This document shows, one piece after another, positions 54,658-63,605 of a stretch of 64,000 bases of DNA (positions are counted from its first letter, which is position 1; every line of letters begins with the position of its first letter). The stretch lies in the NCBI GenBank assembly GCA_040386775.1, contig JAZKEU010000007.1:19459-83458 (forward strand). Reading direction: 5' to 3'. The notes below the pieces were generated by a model that was given only the letters and a program-made list of their open reading frames with translations, was not told the DNA's origin and did not search any database. Position numbers and translations under genes: made by a program. This DNA comes from Bdellovibrionota bacterium. Lineage in GTDB: Bacteria > Bdellovibrionota > Bdellovibrionia > Bdellovibrionales > JAEYZS01.

Positions 54658-55713
54658 ATGTTTTTTGATTCAAATAAAGTCATCGGACTCGACATTGGAA
54701 CGAGCTCAATAAAAATCGTTGAGTTGGATGTAGGCCAACGCAAGACGACAGTCATGGCTTTTGGCGTAGCTCCTACTCCTGCGGGCACAATTGCAGGAGG
54801 AGAAATCATTGATCCCATCACTCTTTCTCAAGCAATCAAATCTCTCATTGAAAAAATAAATACAAAAAGAAAGCACGCTAGCGTAGGAATTTGGGGAACA
54901 GCCGTGATCGTAAAGCGTGTTGGCCTTCCAAAGATGGATCTTCAGTTGCTCGATGAGCAAATTCGTTGGGAAGCAGAACAATATATTCCATTCGATATTC
55001 AGGAAATCAATTTGGAATATCATGTTTTAAATTCTTCTCAAGCAAGTGCTGACACCATGGATATTCTTCTTGTGGCTGCCAAAAAAGATTTAATCATGAA
55101 CTATTTAGAAACGGTAGAGAGTGCTGGTATTTCTTGTTCAGTTTTAGACGTAAGTAGTTTTGCTCTAGCAAATTGTTTTATGAAAAATCACCCAGAGTTC
55201 AATAATGACACGATTGCTGTTTTTGATATCGGCAGTGGCATTACAAATTTTGTTGTTGTTGAGAATGGCGAAGTTGTTTTTGCCAGAGACATTCCGATGG
55301 GTGGATTCAATTACACTTCAGACATTCAAAAAGGAATGGGCGTAAGTGTAGAAGAAGCTGAAGGATTAAAGTTGGATATCTCTCTCGGCAGACCTGCTCC
55401 AGAAGAACTTAAGACTATTGTGCAATCTTCGCATGAAAATTTCTGTGATGAACTGAATCGCAGTTTGGATTTTTTTACATCAACTTCGAATCAAGGAAAA
55501 ATCCAAAGAATTTATCTTACAGGCGGCGGCAGTTTAATGATTGGCCTTAAAGAATCATTAGCCAATCTGTCGCAGTTGCCTGTGGAAATGTTTAATCCTT
55601 TCCACAGCATTCAAGTGGATAAGAATGCGATTGCGTCAGAATATATTTCTCAAATTGCACCTCTTGCAGCAGTTGCGGTTGGATTGGGTTTACGTAAAGC
55701 GGGTGACAGATGA
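54658..55713 (+). CDS. pilM: type IV pilus assembly protein PilM (actin-like ATPase fold)
   Basis: 351 aa. ..VIGLDIGTSSIKIVEL.., ..VFDIGSGITNF... Followed by pilNOPQ. Confidence 0.88.
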   Translation: MFFDSNKVIGLDIGTSSIKIVELDVGQRKTTVMAFGVAPTPAGTIAGGEIIDPITLSQAIKSLIEKINTKRKHASVGIWGTAVIVKRVGLPKMDLQLLDEQIRWEAEQYIPFDIQEINLEYHVLNSSQASADTMDILLVAAKKDLIMNYLETVESAGISCSVLDVSSFALANCFMKNHPEFNNDTIAVFDIGSGITNFVVVENGEVVFARDIPMGGFNYTSDIQKGMGVSVEEAEGLKLDISLGRPAPEELKTIVQSSHENFCDELNRSLDFFTSTSNQGKIQRIYLTGGGSLMIGLKESLANLSQLPVEMFNPFHSIQVDKNAIASEYISQIAPLAAVAVGLGLRKAGDR

Positions 55714-56321
55714 TTAAGGTCAATTTACTTAAGGACGCCGGAAAAAAACAAAAGAAAGGTGGGGACTCTACCATTCTTGATTCTGATTTTCGAAATGCAG
55801 TTGGAGGTGCCGTTGGTGAAAACAATGCCATCATCAAGAGAGTTGCATTCTTGATAATTCCCATTATCGTGGTTTTTGCTTACACCTGGCACGTAGAAAG
55901 TGGGTTGAAATCTGACGTAGAGAAATTAAATAAGCAAGCGGTAGTTTTGGATGGTCAATTGGAAGCCTTAAAGCCTGAGCTGAATACTATTGAGCAATTG
56001 AAAGGTGAAAAAAACAAACTTTCAACAGAGTTAGGCGCAATCAAAGAACTTTCTAAGAAAAGATACACTTACGTTAAGATTCTAGATTCTCTCCAAAGCT
56101 TAATCCCAGAAAAAGCATGGGTCACAAAGCTAACTATAAAAGACCAAATCATTTCTATAGAGGGAAGAGCTATCGAAGATGCGATCATCTCGTCTTTCAT
56201 GCAAAATCTAGAAGAAAGTGCCTATTTTTCGAATGTAACATGGGTGAATTCAGCAGAAGTGAATGAGCCTCAAGGATTAGTGAAGTCATTCAGTATTCGA
56301 CTCGACTTGGAGAATATCTAA
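55710..56321 (+). CDS. pilN: type IV pilus assembly protein PilN
   Basis: 203 aa. N-terminal MIKVNLL, single TM, coiled coil. ATGA overlap with pilM. Position in the operon. Confidence 0.8.
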   Translation: MIKVNLLKDAGKKQKKGGDSTILDSDFRNAVGGAVGENNAIIKRVAFLIIPIIVVFAYTWHVESGLKSDVEKLNKQAVVLDGQLEALKPELNTIEQLKGEKNKLSTELGAIKELSKKRYTYVKILDSLQSLIPEKAWVTKLTIKDQIISIEGRAIEDAIISSFMQNLEESAYFSNVTWVNSAEVNEPQGLVKSFSIRLDLENI

Positions 56322-56884
56322 TGAAAGAAAAATTAGAAAACATGCCCATTCTAGTGTTTCTTTTGGTAGGCGTAGCCTTTGCGGGATACAATTACATGGG
56401 AAGTCTCTCGATTAACGAAACTCTACAAAATCAAATTGCTCAGTTGAACTCTCAGCTTCAAGAGAAAAAAGTAGGCCTAACAAAAGCCCAAAACTCAAGC
56501 TCTGAAATTCCTATGATGAAAGAGGAAATCACAAAGCTCAGCCAATCTTTAAGCAAGGCCACAGAATTGATCCCGGCAAGTGGTACGACGAGAGATGTTG
56601 TTATGGTGGTATCTGAAGAAGCTAAAAATGCCGGAATCAGAGTGACTCAGGCTCGTCCCACAGATGGTCAGACAAAAAACTATTTTGATGAATTACCAAT
56701 GGAAGTTGAATTTGAAGGTTCATTCTCTCAGCTTACACTTTTCATGTATCAACTCTCTAAGCGTCAATTGATTATCCATCCAACAGATATGAATCTATCA
56801 ACAAAAGAAATTGTTGATGGCCAAACAAATCTCAAGATGGCAGGTAAGCTCGTAGGATTTAAATACAAGGAGACTAAACGATGA
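56321..56884 (+). CDS. pilO: type IV pilus assembly protein PilO
   Basis: 187 aa. N-terminal TM plus coiled coil. Start overlaps the pilN stop. Called from operon position. Confidence 0.75.
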   Translation: MKEKLENMPILVFLLVGVAFAGYNYMGSLSINETLQNQIAQLNSQLQEKKVGLTKAQNSSSEIPMMKEEITKLSQSLSKATELIPASGTTRDVVMVVSEEAKNAGIRVTQARPTDGQTKNYFDELPMEVEFEGSFSQLTLFMYQLSKRQLIIHPTDMNLSTKEIVDGQTNLKMAGKLVGFKYKETKR

Positions 56885-57450
56885 AAAAGTTTACTCTCTT
56901 GGGAATCATTTTTACAGGCTTATTGGCTGTGGGACTAAAATCTTTCGCTCAAAACTATCAAGAACCAACGGCTCCATCTTCTTTAGAAGATATGCAGGAG
57001 ATTCCCGATCAAACAGTTGCTCCAACAAATGTGGTAGCACCATCTCTTTCACCACAAATAACAGATCCATTCTTAGAAGGTTTTTTTGAGGACATTGGTT
57101 ACACACCAACGGACCGTAGAGATCCATTCTTACCGTACTTAAGTCCAACAGTAAAACTGACTCAGTCTCCGAGTATTCCTCTGGAGCCGTTACAAAAATT
57201 TGCCTTAACACAATTGAAGTTAGTAGGAATCATTTGGGATGTGGGACGACCTAAGGCACTCGTGGAAGATCCTTCGGGCAGAAGTCATATCATCATTGAG
57301 AATACGAAATTGGGCCAAGAGATGGGTTATGTAGCAGCTATCCGCGAAGGTGAAATCATCGTGGTAGAGCAGTTGGTCAATGCTGAAGGAAGAAAATCAT
57401 TTCAAACAAAGATACTTAAGCTTTCTAGCGTAAAAGGGGTTGGGCAATGA
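56881..57450 (+). CDS. pilP: type IV pilus assembly protein PilP
   Basis: 189 aa, signal peptide. ..DPF.. motif and C-terminal beta domain (..LKLVGIIWD..PKALVEDPSG..). Position between pilO and the secretin gene. Confidence 0.7.
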   Translation: MKKFTLLGIIFTGLLAVGLKSFAQNYQEPTAPSSLEDMQEIPDQTVAPTNVVAPSLSPQITDPFLEGFFEDIGYTPTDRRDPFLPYLSPTVKLTQSPSIPLEPLQKFALTQLKLVGIIWDVGRPKALVEDPSGRSHIIIENTKLGQEMGYVAAIREGEIIVVEQLVNAEGRKSFQTKILKLSSVKGVGQ

Positions 57451-59540
57451 AAAAAATAATAACAAGGTCAGATCTAATGAAAAGACTACTAGCAATGATG
57501 ATGGTTTCCATCATGACAATTTCTCAATTGAGCTGTACGTCATCTTTTTCAGATGGAGAAGAAGGCGATGAAGTAGCACAGGAAACGGCACAGCTAGAGA
57601 AAGATTCAGAGCAACCGGATGCTGAACAACCAAATGCAGATAACAACGCGGAAGCTTCCGAAGAAGAAGTTGATCTCAACGAATCAGAAGTGGCTGCACA
57701 AGAAACTGTACAACAACCTGCAACAGATTTTGCTGACGAAGAAAATTTAGATGAAGCTTTTCAAGCTGAAAATCAATCGGAACAAGTTCCTGAACCAGAA
57801 ATTTCAGAAACTCCGGCTTACGAAGACGAATTGTCAGCCGTGGATTCAAATGTACGCGTGACAGGTTTAGATTACAAAGCAAACGAGAACGGCGGAACCA
57901 TCGTCATTCAAACAAGTGGGCCAGCGAAGTACACGACTCAAGAGAATGGTGCAAATAACCAATACATCGTTGAAATTGATAACGCTGAACTTCCTTCTCA
58001 ATTCCAAAGACCATACAATACAAAAGAATTTTCCGGCGTCGTGGGCATGATCAATGCTTATCAAAGACCTGGAACAAATAAAGTTAGAATTATTGTTCAG
58101 TTAAAAAAGCCAACGCCTGTCTCTGTAGTGCAAGAAGGAAACTCTTTAGTGGTGGTTCCCGGTGCTGCTGTAGCGGCAACCCCGACTCCAGAAATTTCAG
58201 CGGAAGCTTCCTCGGGCGCTTCGCAATCCTCAATGGGTGGTCAAGAAGTAGCTGTAGCAGAAGATGATGGTCAAGCAGGTGAGAGACCAACAGCATTGAA
58301 TTCTAAAACTTTAGATGAATTCCTAATGGGCGAAACAAAGTTTTACGGAAAAAAGATTTCAATTGAAATCATCGACGGAGAAATCAGAGACGTTATCACT
58401 TTTATCTCGGAAGAGAGTGGTGTGAACTTAGTTCTTTCAGATGAGATCAAAGGAAAAATTTCTGTAAAACTAAGACAAATTCCTTGGGACCAAGCTTTGG
58501 TTGTGATCATGCAAACCAAACAACTGGGTTACATCCGCCAAGGAAATATCCTAAGAATTTCAACACTGACAAGTATCCGCGCCGAAACAGATTCTGCAAA
58601 ACAACTCCTAGATGCGCAAAAACAATTGGAACCTTTAAAGGTAAAGGTATTCCCAATTTCTTATGCAAAAGCAAAAGATCTTGAGCCCCAAGCAATGGGT
58701 TTCTTGAGCACAAGAGGTTCTGCAAAAGCAGATGAAAGAACAAACAACCTTGTCGTGAGAGACATTGCCGAGAACGTAAATAAAATCGAAAAACTATTAA
58801 CAAGATTAGATACGCAAACTCCGCAAGTTTACATCGAGGGTAAAATTGTAGAGAGTAAAACCTCAAACGCGAGAGAAATTGGTATCAGCTGGACAGACAA
58901 CAGTGCAGGTGCAGTGGGTCTTAATTTAGCGACAGGAAATGTGATCAACACAGGTAATATTTCTTTATCAGCAAAACTCGCGTTATTGGAATCAGACGAC
59001 AAAGTTAAAATTCTTTCTTCGCCAAGAATTGTAACTCTGGATAATCAACCCGCAAATATAGAGCAGTCGACCCAATTCCCGACATATATCACTACCATCG
59101 ATGAAGAAACAAATGAGAAGACAACAACAGTAGAATACAAAACTGTAAAGCTTAGCCTCAACGTAACTCCCCAAATCACAGCGGATGGTGGTGTGATCTT
59201 AAAGACAGAAATCCTAAGAGAATTTGCAGGTGCCGTGGATACAAGAGCGCCAGACACAGGAGCTCGTTCCCTCAACTCAAGAAGTGCTAAGTCTACAATC
59301 CTCGTGGATAACGGAAGCACAGCCGTCCTCGGTGGTATCTATTCAACGGACAACACCGAAGGCAACGCTGGTATCCCATTGTTAAGAAAAATCCCAATCA
59401 TCGGTTGGTTGTTTGGTCAGGACAAAATGACCTACGACAAAAACGAATTATTAATTTTCTTAACTCCAAGAGTAATCAATAAAGACAAAGCTTTCAATAT
59501 GATGAGCGAAGACACCGACGCCGGCTCCGACACCCTATAA
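57447..59540 (+). CDS. pilQ: type IV pilus secretin PilQ (acidic linker + AMIN + N0/N1 + secretin)
   Basis: 697 aa. About 110-aa D/E/Q-rich linker, AMIN-like VRVTGLDYKANENGGTIVIQTSG.., secretin core ..SPRIVTLDNQPA.. and ..GIPLLRKIPIIGWLF..ELLIFLTPRVI. Confidence 0.88.
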   Translation: MKKIITRSDLMKRLLAMMMVSIMTISQLSCTSSFSDGEEGDEVAQETAQLEKDSEQPDAEQPNADNNAEASEEEVDLNESEVAAQETVQQPATDFADEENLDEAFQAENQSEQVPEPEISETPAYEDELSAVDSNVRVTGLDYKANENGGTIVIQTSGPAKYTTQENGANNQYIVEIDNAELPSQFQRPYNTKEFSGVVGMINAYQRPGTNKVRIIVQLKKPTPVSVVQEGNSLVVVPGAAVAATPTPEISAEASSGASQSSMGGQEVAVAEDDGQAGERPTALNSKTLDEFLMGETKFYGKKISIEIIDGEIRDVITFISEESGVNLVLSDEIKGKISVKLRQIPWDQALVVIMQTKQLGYIRQGNILRISTLTSIRAETDSAKQLLDAQKQLEPLKVKVFPISYAKAKDLEPQAMGFLSTRGSAKADERTNNLVVRDIAENVNKIEKLLTRLDTQTPQVYIEGKIVESKTSNAREIGISWTDNSAGAVGLNLATGNVINTGNISLSAKLALLESDDKVKILSSPRIVTLDNQPANIEQSTQFPTYITTIDEETNEKTTTVEYKTVKLSLNVTPQITADGGVILKTEILREFAGAVDTRAPDTGARSLNSRSAKSTILVDNGSTAVLGGIYSTDNTEGNAGIPLLRKIPIIGWLFGQDKMTYDKNELLIFLTPRVINKDKAFNMMSEDTDAGSDTL

Positions 59541-59576
59541 AGGTGAGCCGCACCTTTTCCAAAGGTTTGCGTCATT
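59539..59576 (+). repeat. solo copy of the 38-nt extragenic unit; first 20 nt form a terminator hairpin after pilQ
   Basis: AAAGGTGAGCCGCACCTTTTCCAAAGGTTTGCGTCATT is 37/38 identical to 6842..6879. Hairpin AAAGGTG AGCCG CACCTTT+T. Confidence 0.75.
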
Positions 59577-59615
59577 AACTTGAATTTTTGAGGTCCATAG
59601 CTTACAAAGGCAGCC

Positions 59616-60923
59616 ATGGATCTTTTCTCTCAAAACGAACAATTTGATACGGATAGACCGCTCGCAGAACGTTTGCGTCCCAAGGCTTTAGAGCAAATCG
59701 TTGGCCAAGAAGATGTACTCAAAAAAGACAGCTGGCTGAGAAAAAGTCTAGAGTCCGATCAATTTCCAAGTTTAATTCTATGGGGTCCTCCAGGTACGGG
59801 GAAAACAACATTCGCAAAAATCATTGCCACGCACACCCAAAAACAATTCATCGCCCTCAACGCAATTGCAACTGGAGCAAAAGAAATCCGAGAAATTTGC
59901 GAGTCAGCAAAAAATAACAAGCGAATGTATCAGCGTGGAACAGTTTTGTTTATCGATGAGATTCATAGATTAAACAAAGCTCAACAAGATGTTTTTTTAC
60001 CTTACGTCGAAAGTGGCGATATCATTTTAGTTGGCGCAACAACTGAAAATCCAAGTTTCGAAGTGAACTCGGCCCTTCTCAGTAGATCCAGAGTCGTAGT
60101 TTTTAAAAGGCATGTAGATGAATCTCTCTTAAAAATCCTAAATAGTGCTTTTGAAGAATATGAACTTTCCATCGATGACATTTTCCAAGAGGATTCTCTC
60201 CAGTACATTCTTCAATTGGCAGATGGAGACGCAAGACGCCTTCTCAATCGCGCAGAAGAAATCATAATTTATTACCAAAATCTCACGGCCAAATCGGCAT
60301 TCCCGGTGGATGTAGAAAAACTCAAAGATCTTTTGGGTTCAAAAACTCTTTATCACGACAAATCTGGAGAATCACACTACGACACCATCTCCGCTTTCAT
60401 AAAAAGCTTAAGAGGATCAGATCCCGATGCCGCTCTTTATTATTTAGCAAGATTACTCGAGGGTGGTGAAGATCCAAAATTCATCGCAAGAAGACTTGTG
60501 ATTTTAGCTTCAGAGGATGTGGGCAACGCAGATCCAAAAGCTCTAGAAATCGCAACCAGTGGATTTCATGCAGTAGAGATGATTGGCCTTCCCGAATGCG
60601 GAATCAACCTCGCGCAAGTGGTTGTTTATTTGGCTTCAGCACCAAAATCCAATTCTTCATACATGGGATTAAAGCGCGCTCAAGCAGAAGTTCAAAAGTC
60701 AGGACAACTTCCCATCCCACTCTCTATTCGTAACGCTCCAACAAAGTTTATGAAAGAACAGGGTTACGGCAAAGATTATAACTATGCACATGAGGGCGAC
60801 AAAGGCTGGCAAGAACAGCAGTTCTTACCAGACGATATTAAGGACAAAAAATTCTACGAATCCAAAGGTTTGGGTTTCGAAAAAAAAATGAACGAATATC
60901 TCAGCTGGTTAAAAAACCGTTAA
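59616..60923 (+). CDS. rarA: replication-associated recombination protein A (AAA+ ATPase)
   Basis: 435 aa. ..RPKALEQIVGQE.., Walker A LWGPPGTGKTT, Walker B LFIDEIHRLNKAQQD, C-terminal MgsA domain ..HYD.ISAFIKS.RGSDPDAALYYLARL.. Confidence 0.9.
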   Translation: MDLFSQNEQFDTDRPLAERLRPKALEQIVGQEDVLKKDSWLRKSLESDQFPSLILWGPPGTGKTTFAKIIATHTQKQFIALNAIATGAKEIREICESAKNNKRMYQRGTVLFIDEIHRLNKAQQDVFLPYVESGDIILVGATTENPSFEVNSALLSRSRVVVFKRHVDESLLKILNSAFEEYELSIDDIFQEDSLQYILQLADGDARRLLNRAEEIIIYYQNLTAKSAFPVDVEKLKDLLGSKTLYHDKSGESHYDTISAFIKSLRGSDPDAALYYLARLLEGGEDPKFIARRLVILASEDVGNADPKALEIATSGFHAVEMIGLPECGINLAQVVVYLASAPKSNSSYMGLKRAQAEVQKSGQLPIPLSIRNAPTKFMKEQGYGKDYNYAHEGDKGWQEQQFLPDDIKDKKFYESKGLGFEKKMNEYLSWLKNR

Positions 60924-61666
60924 CAACCAGTCTCTTCTTCCAAGATAGATTGAAGTAAATCCAGCTCCATTCTGTTATTTCCACAACCGTTTCCTGGTGC
61001 AGGTGGATCTTGCGCCACACAGCGGGGACTTCCTGGAGGACAAGTAATACGCACATGCATATGGTCATCATGCAAGGATGCAGGTCTCATGATTCTCAAA
61101 GCCTGTTGAGCGATTGGATCTCGGTTGTTCACATGAATTGCGCAAAGAGCTCTTTTAATACCAATATCAACAAAAACACGCTCTACTTGAGGAAAGGACG
61201 CAAGTTTTGTCAAAAGCTGCCAATTTCTCTCAGCATCAAAATTTTCCGTGGGTTTGCCTTTTTTTACAAACTTCTCAACATAGTTGCCAGCCCAAAAGGG
61301 ATCTTGCTCTTTATTGTTCTTACGATAGTAAACGATATCAGCGTCTAGACCGTTGCGATGACTTTTGTGTTGTCCAATGGTCCCACCTTTAGCGTTAGCT
61401 ACATCTCCAATTTGGAGGCGATCCCTGCCAGGATACTTTTGAGCCACCTCATGGGCGATAGTCTCAATCATGGTGGCCAATTCGTGAGTGCTGTATGTGC
61501 GATCCTTGGTTCTTCGGATCTTAACTAACCCTGGTGCCTCTGGCGGTAAAGTAGTTGGGTTAACTAAGTTACCATTGGTGTAGTACCGGATTGATTGTTC
61601 GATCCCTGCATATGAAAGCGATGCACAGATCACGGATGTGATGACGATCAAGATGTGTGTTTTCAT
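60920..61666 (-). CDS. mepA: penicillin-insensitive murein endopeptidase (M74)
   Basis: 248 aa, signal peptide. ..GGTIGQHKSHRNGLDADIV.. and ..DDHMHVRITCP.. match the MepA zinc/His motifs. Confidence 0.75.
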   Translation of the reverse strand: MKTHILIVITSVICASLSYAGIEQSIRYYTNGNLVNPTTLPPEAPGLVKIRRTKDRTYSTHELATMIETIAHEVAQKYPGRDRLQIGDVANAKGGTIGQHKSHRNGLDADIVYYRKNNKEQDPFWAGNYVEKFVKKGKPTENFDAERNWQLLTKLASFPQVERVFVDIGIKRALCAIHVNNRDPIAQQALRIMRPASLHDDHMHVRITCPPGSPRCVAQDPPAPGNGCGNNRMELDLLQSILEEETGC

Positions 61667-61678
61667 ACATAAATGGTA

Positions 61679-61987
61679 TTAAAGAGGAGGTCTTTGGGCA
61701 ATAACACAAAGACAATCGCCCTGACCATGTGCGCCATACTGATGACGTGTATTGGACGGAATTTCGATACGATCACCAGCGCGAAGTAACAACTGATTTC
61801 CAGAAACGTTGACCAGTAATTCACCATCAACGACCATTCTGATTTCATCAAATGGATGACGATGTTCTTTAATTTTTGATTCGCGCGGAAAAAGCTCTTC
61901 GATGGGCTCGAGACCTTCGTTCACAAAAATCATTTTGATCTGTTCGATCGACGGAATAATCGGCGCTTGCCAACGTGTAACAACCAT
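61679..61987 (-). CDS. cupin-domain protein
   Basis: 102 aa. ..HRHPFDEIRMVVDGEL...GDRIEIPSNTRH.. fits the two-motif cupin pattern. Confidence 0.65.
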   Translation of the reverse strand: MVVTRWQAPIIPSIEQIKMIFVNEGLEPIEELFPRESKIKEHRHPFDEIRMVVDGELLVNVSGNQLLLRAGDRIEIPSNTRHQYGAHGQGDCLCVIAQRPPL

Positions 61988-62217
61988 AGGTGAGTATTTA
62001 ACTAGAAAAACTGTTCTTTGTCATCAATGTTTGCGGAATGGTTGCGTCACTCATCAAGTTGTTCTCTTTTGAGATATTTCCCTCTGTAATCAGACAAAAG
62101 TGTCTAAAATCCTGACCGATCTGGAGACTAGATTTCGTGTTTAAAATACAAATAGTTTAAGTCTCAAGATTACGACGTCGAATAGTTTCATGTAAGATAA
62201 ATACAAGGAATGAAAAC

Positions 62218-62703
62218 ATGATAGAGAAGAATAAGCATAAAGAAGTCATCATCAGTTTTGTAGCTCAGGCTCATGGTCTAGAAACAAAACACGATCAGCA
62301 GCAAATTGAAATTCTACAAACAGTGGATAGAAAGAAACTGTGTTTTCAATTCAATCAAATTGAAGATGTCTTAATACGAGACGACTCACAGGAAAAACCT
62401 TTCTTGCAGTTGAATTTTTCAAGCGGTGACAAGATTTTAATCACCGACGAACTCATCGGATTCAAACCCATTCCATTCCAAGGATTTGATATTCACAAGC
62501 TTCCAAAAGTAGTGACGACATCAGATTTAGTGAGTGTATTTGAAGCAGCAGAAGAGGCTTTAAGTACAGGAAAAGTAGAGGAAGTGGATGTATTGAGACA
62601 AGTTTTCAATTCTATCTTGATGGGTGGCGAAATTGTAGGCTTCGATCTAAAAAACGAGAAGAGTTGGTTCGCAAATCTAATTTCAAAAATCGCTTCTGCT
62701 TAA
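62218..62703 (+). CDS. hypothetical protein
   Basis: 161 aa ORF preceded by AAGGAA and followed by a terminator hairpin. No family recognised. Confidence 0.45.
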   Translation: MIEKNKHKEVIISFVAQAHGLETKHDQQQIEILQTVDRKKLCFQFNQIEDVLIRDDSQEKPFLQLNFSSGDKILITDELIGFKPIPFQGFDIHKLPKVVTTSDLVSVFEAAEEALSTGKVEEVDVLRQVFNSILMGGEIVGFDLKNEKSWFANLISKIASA

Positions 62704-62736
62704 GATCTGGGCATCAAATCGAATAAGGTTACAGAA

Positions 62737-62766
62737 GAAGATCCTTCAGGGATCTTCTTTCTTTTT
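62737..62766 (+). terminator. rho-independent terminator
   Basis: GAAGATCC TTCAG GGATCTTC followed by TTTCTTTTT. Confidence 0.7.
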
Positions 62767-62831
62767 ATAGTTTAAAAAAGACTATTGACGAATTTCACAA
62801 AAAATCCTACAAAGTTTATTCCCAATTATTT

Positions 62832-62907
62832 GGGGGTGTAGCTCAGTTGGTAGAGCGCCAGCTTTGCAAGCTGGATGTCGCAGGTTCGATCCCTGTCACC
62901 TCCACCA
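62832..62907 (+). tRNA. tRNA-Ala (anticodon TGC), CCA encoded
   Basis: 76 nt: GGGGGTG TA GCTC AGTTGGTA GAGC G CCAGC TTTGCAA GCTGG ATGTC GCAGG TTCGATC CCTGT CACCTCC A CCA. Cloverleaf folds by hand. G3:U70 Ala identity pair present. Confidence 0.93.
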
Positions 62908-63210
62908 TTCTTGAAACCAGGAATGAGTTCTAAGTTATTAATTCCATTACATTCTGATTTAAGTGATAGGTAAAGCCAGGTTCCGTGGTTTTATATGGGA
63001 TCAATAAATTAGAACTACTTCTAAAAACAGGGGAGACTTTATCAAAAATTTAATTCCACCCTTGCCAGAGGATGGATCAAAGAAGCAGGTATATTTAATT
63101 TTCAGCCTAACTCAAAATCTTACGTATCATCAGAAACTCTACTTATTCCTATATCTGAAATTCGACCACCCCTTCGCAAAGAAGGAGTTGAATGGTTTGA
63201 GCGGGATCGT

Positions 63211-63462
63211 ATGGTTGAGATCTTGAAAGGCTTCGGAACAGAAGCTAGCATTCCAGCAATTGAAGTATATACGAAAGAATCGACAGAATATCGATATGAG
63301 GTACGCAATGGCTTTCACAGATTCTACGCGTCTTTAGTTGTAGGATTTAAATATATTCCCGTGGTTATTAAGCCATATTTTAATTGGAATGATTTCTATA
63401 ACAAAAATGATAAAAAATCAGTTTTAAGCGTTTTAATTTTTTTGATCTTTGCCATTCAATAA
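63211..63462 (+). CDS. ParB/Srx-like domain ORF, probably 5'-truncated or start-less (open frame from 63100)
   Basis: The frame is open from 63100: ..LLIPISEIRPPLRKEGVEWFERDRMVEILKGFGTEASIPAIEVYTKESTEYRYEVRNGFHRFYASLVVGFKYIPVV fits the ParB N-terminal pattern (I.P..., DG.HR..A, IPV). The first ATG/GTG/TTG is at 63211, inside the domain. Confidence 0.45.
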   Translation: MVEILKGFGTEASIPAIEVYTKESTEYRYEVRNGFHRFYASLVVGFKYIPVVIKPYFNWNDFYNKNDKKSVLSVLIFLIFAIQ

Positions 63463-63517
63463 AATTCTGGAGAAATATTTTTTCGGGTTTTAAAATCATT
63501 TATGTATAGGATTTCCA

Positions 63518-63537
63518 TGTGGCACCGTGGTGCCACA
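63518..63537 (+). terminator. hairpin with T-rich tail
   Basis: TGTGGCACC GT GGTGCCACA followed by CTCTATTTTT. Confidence 0.45.
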
Positions 63538-63605
63538 CTCTATTTTTAATAAGCTTTATTTTTCTCCATGTTCACCGTTAATAGTGATTAACAAAGGAGA
63601 GAGAA

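Noticed and set aside
63120-63308. 62-aa minus-strand ORF downstream of the tRNA.
   Set aside because: It is antisense to the frame carrying the ParB-like DG.HR domain signal and has no features of its own.
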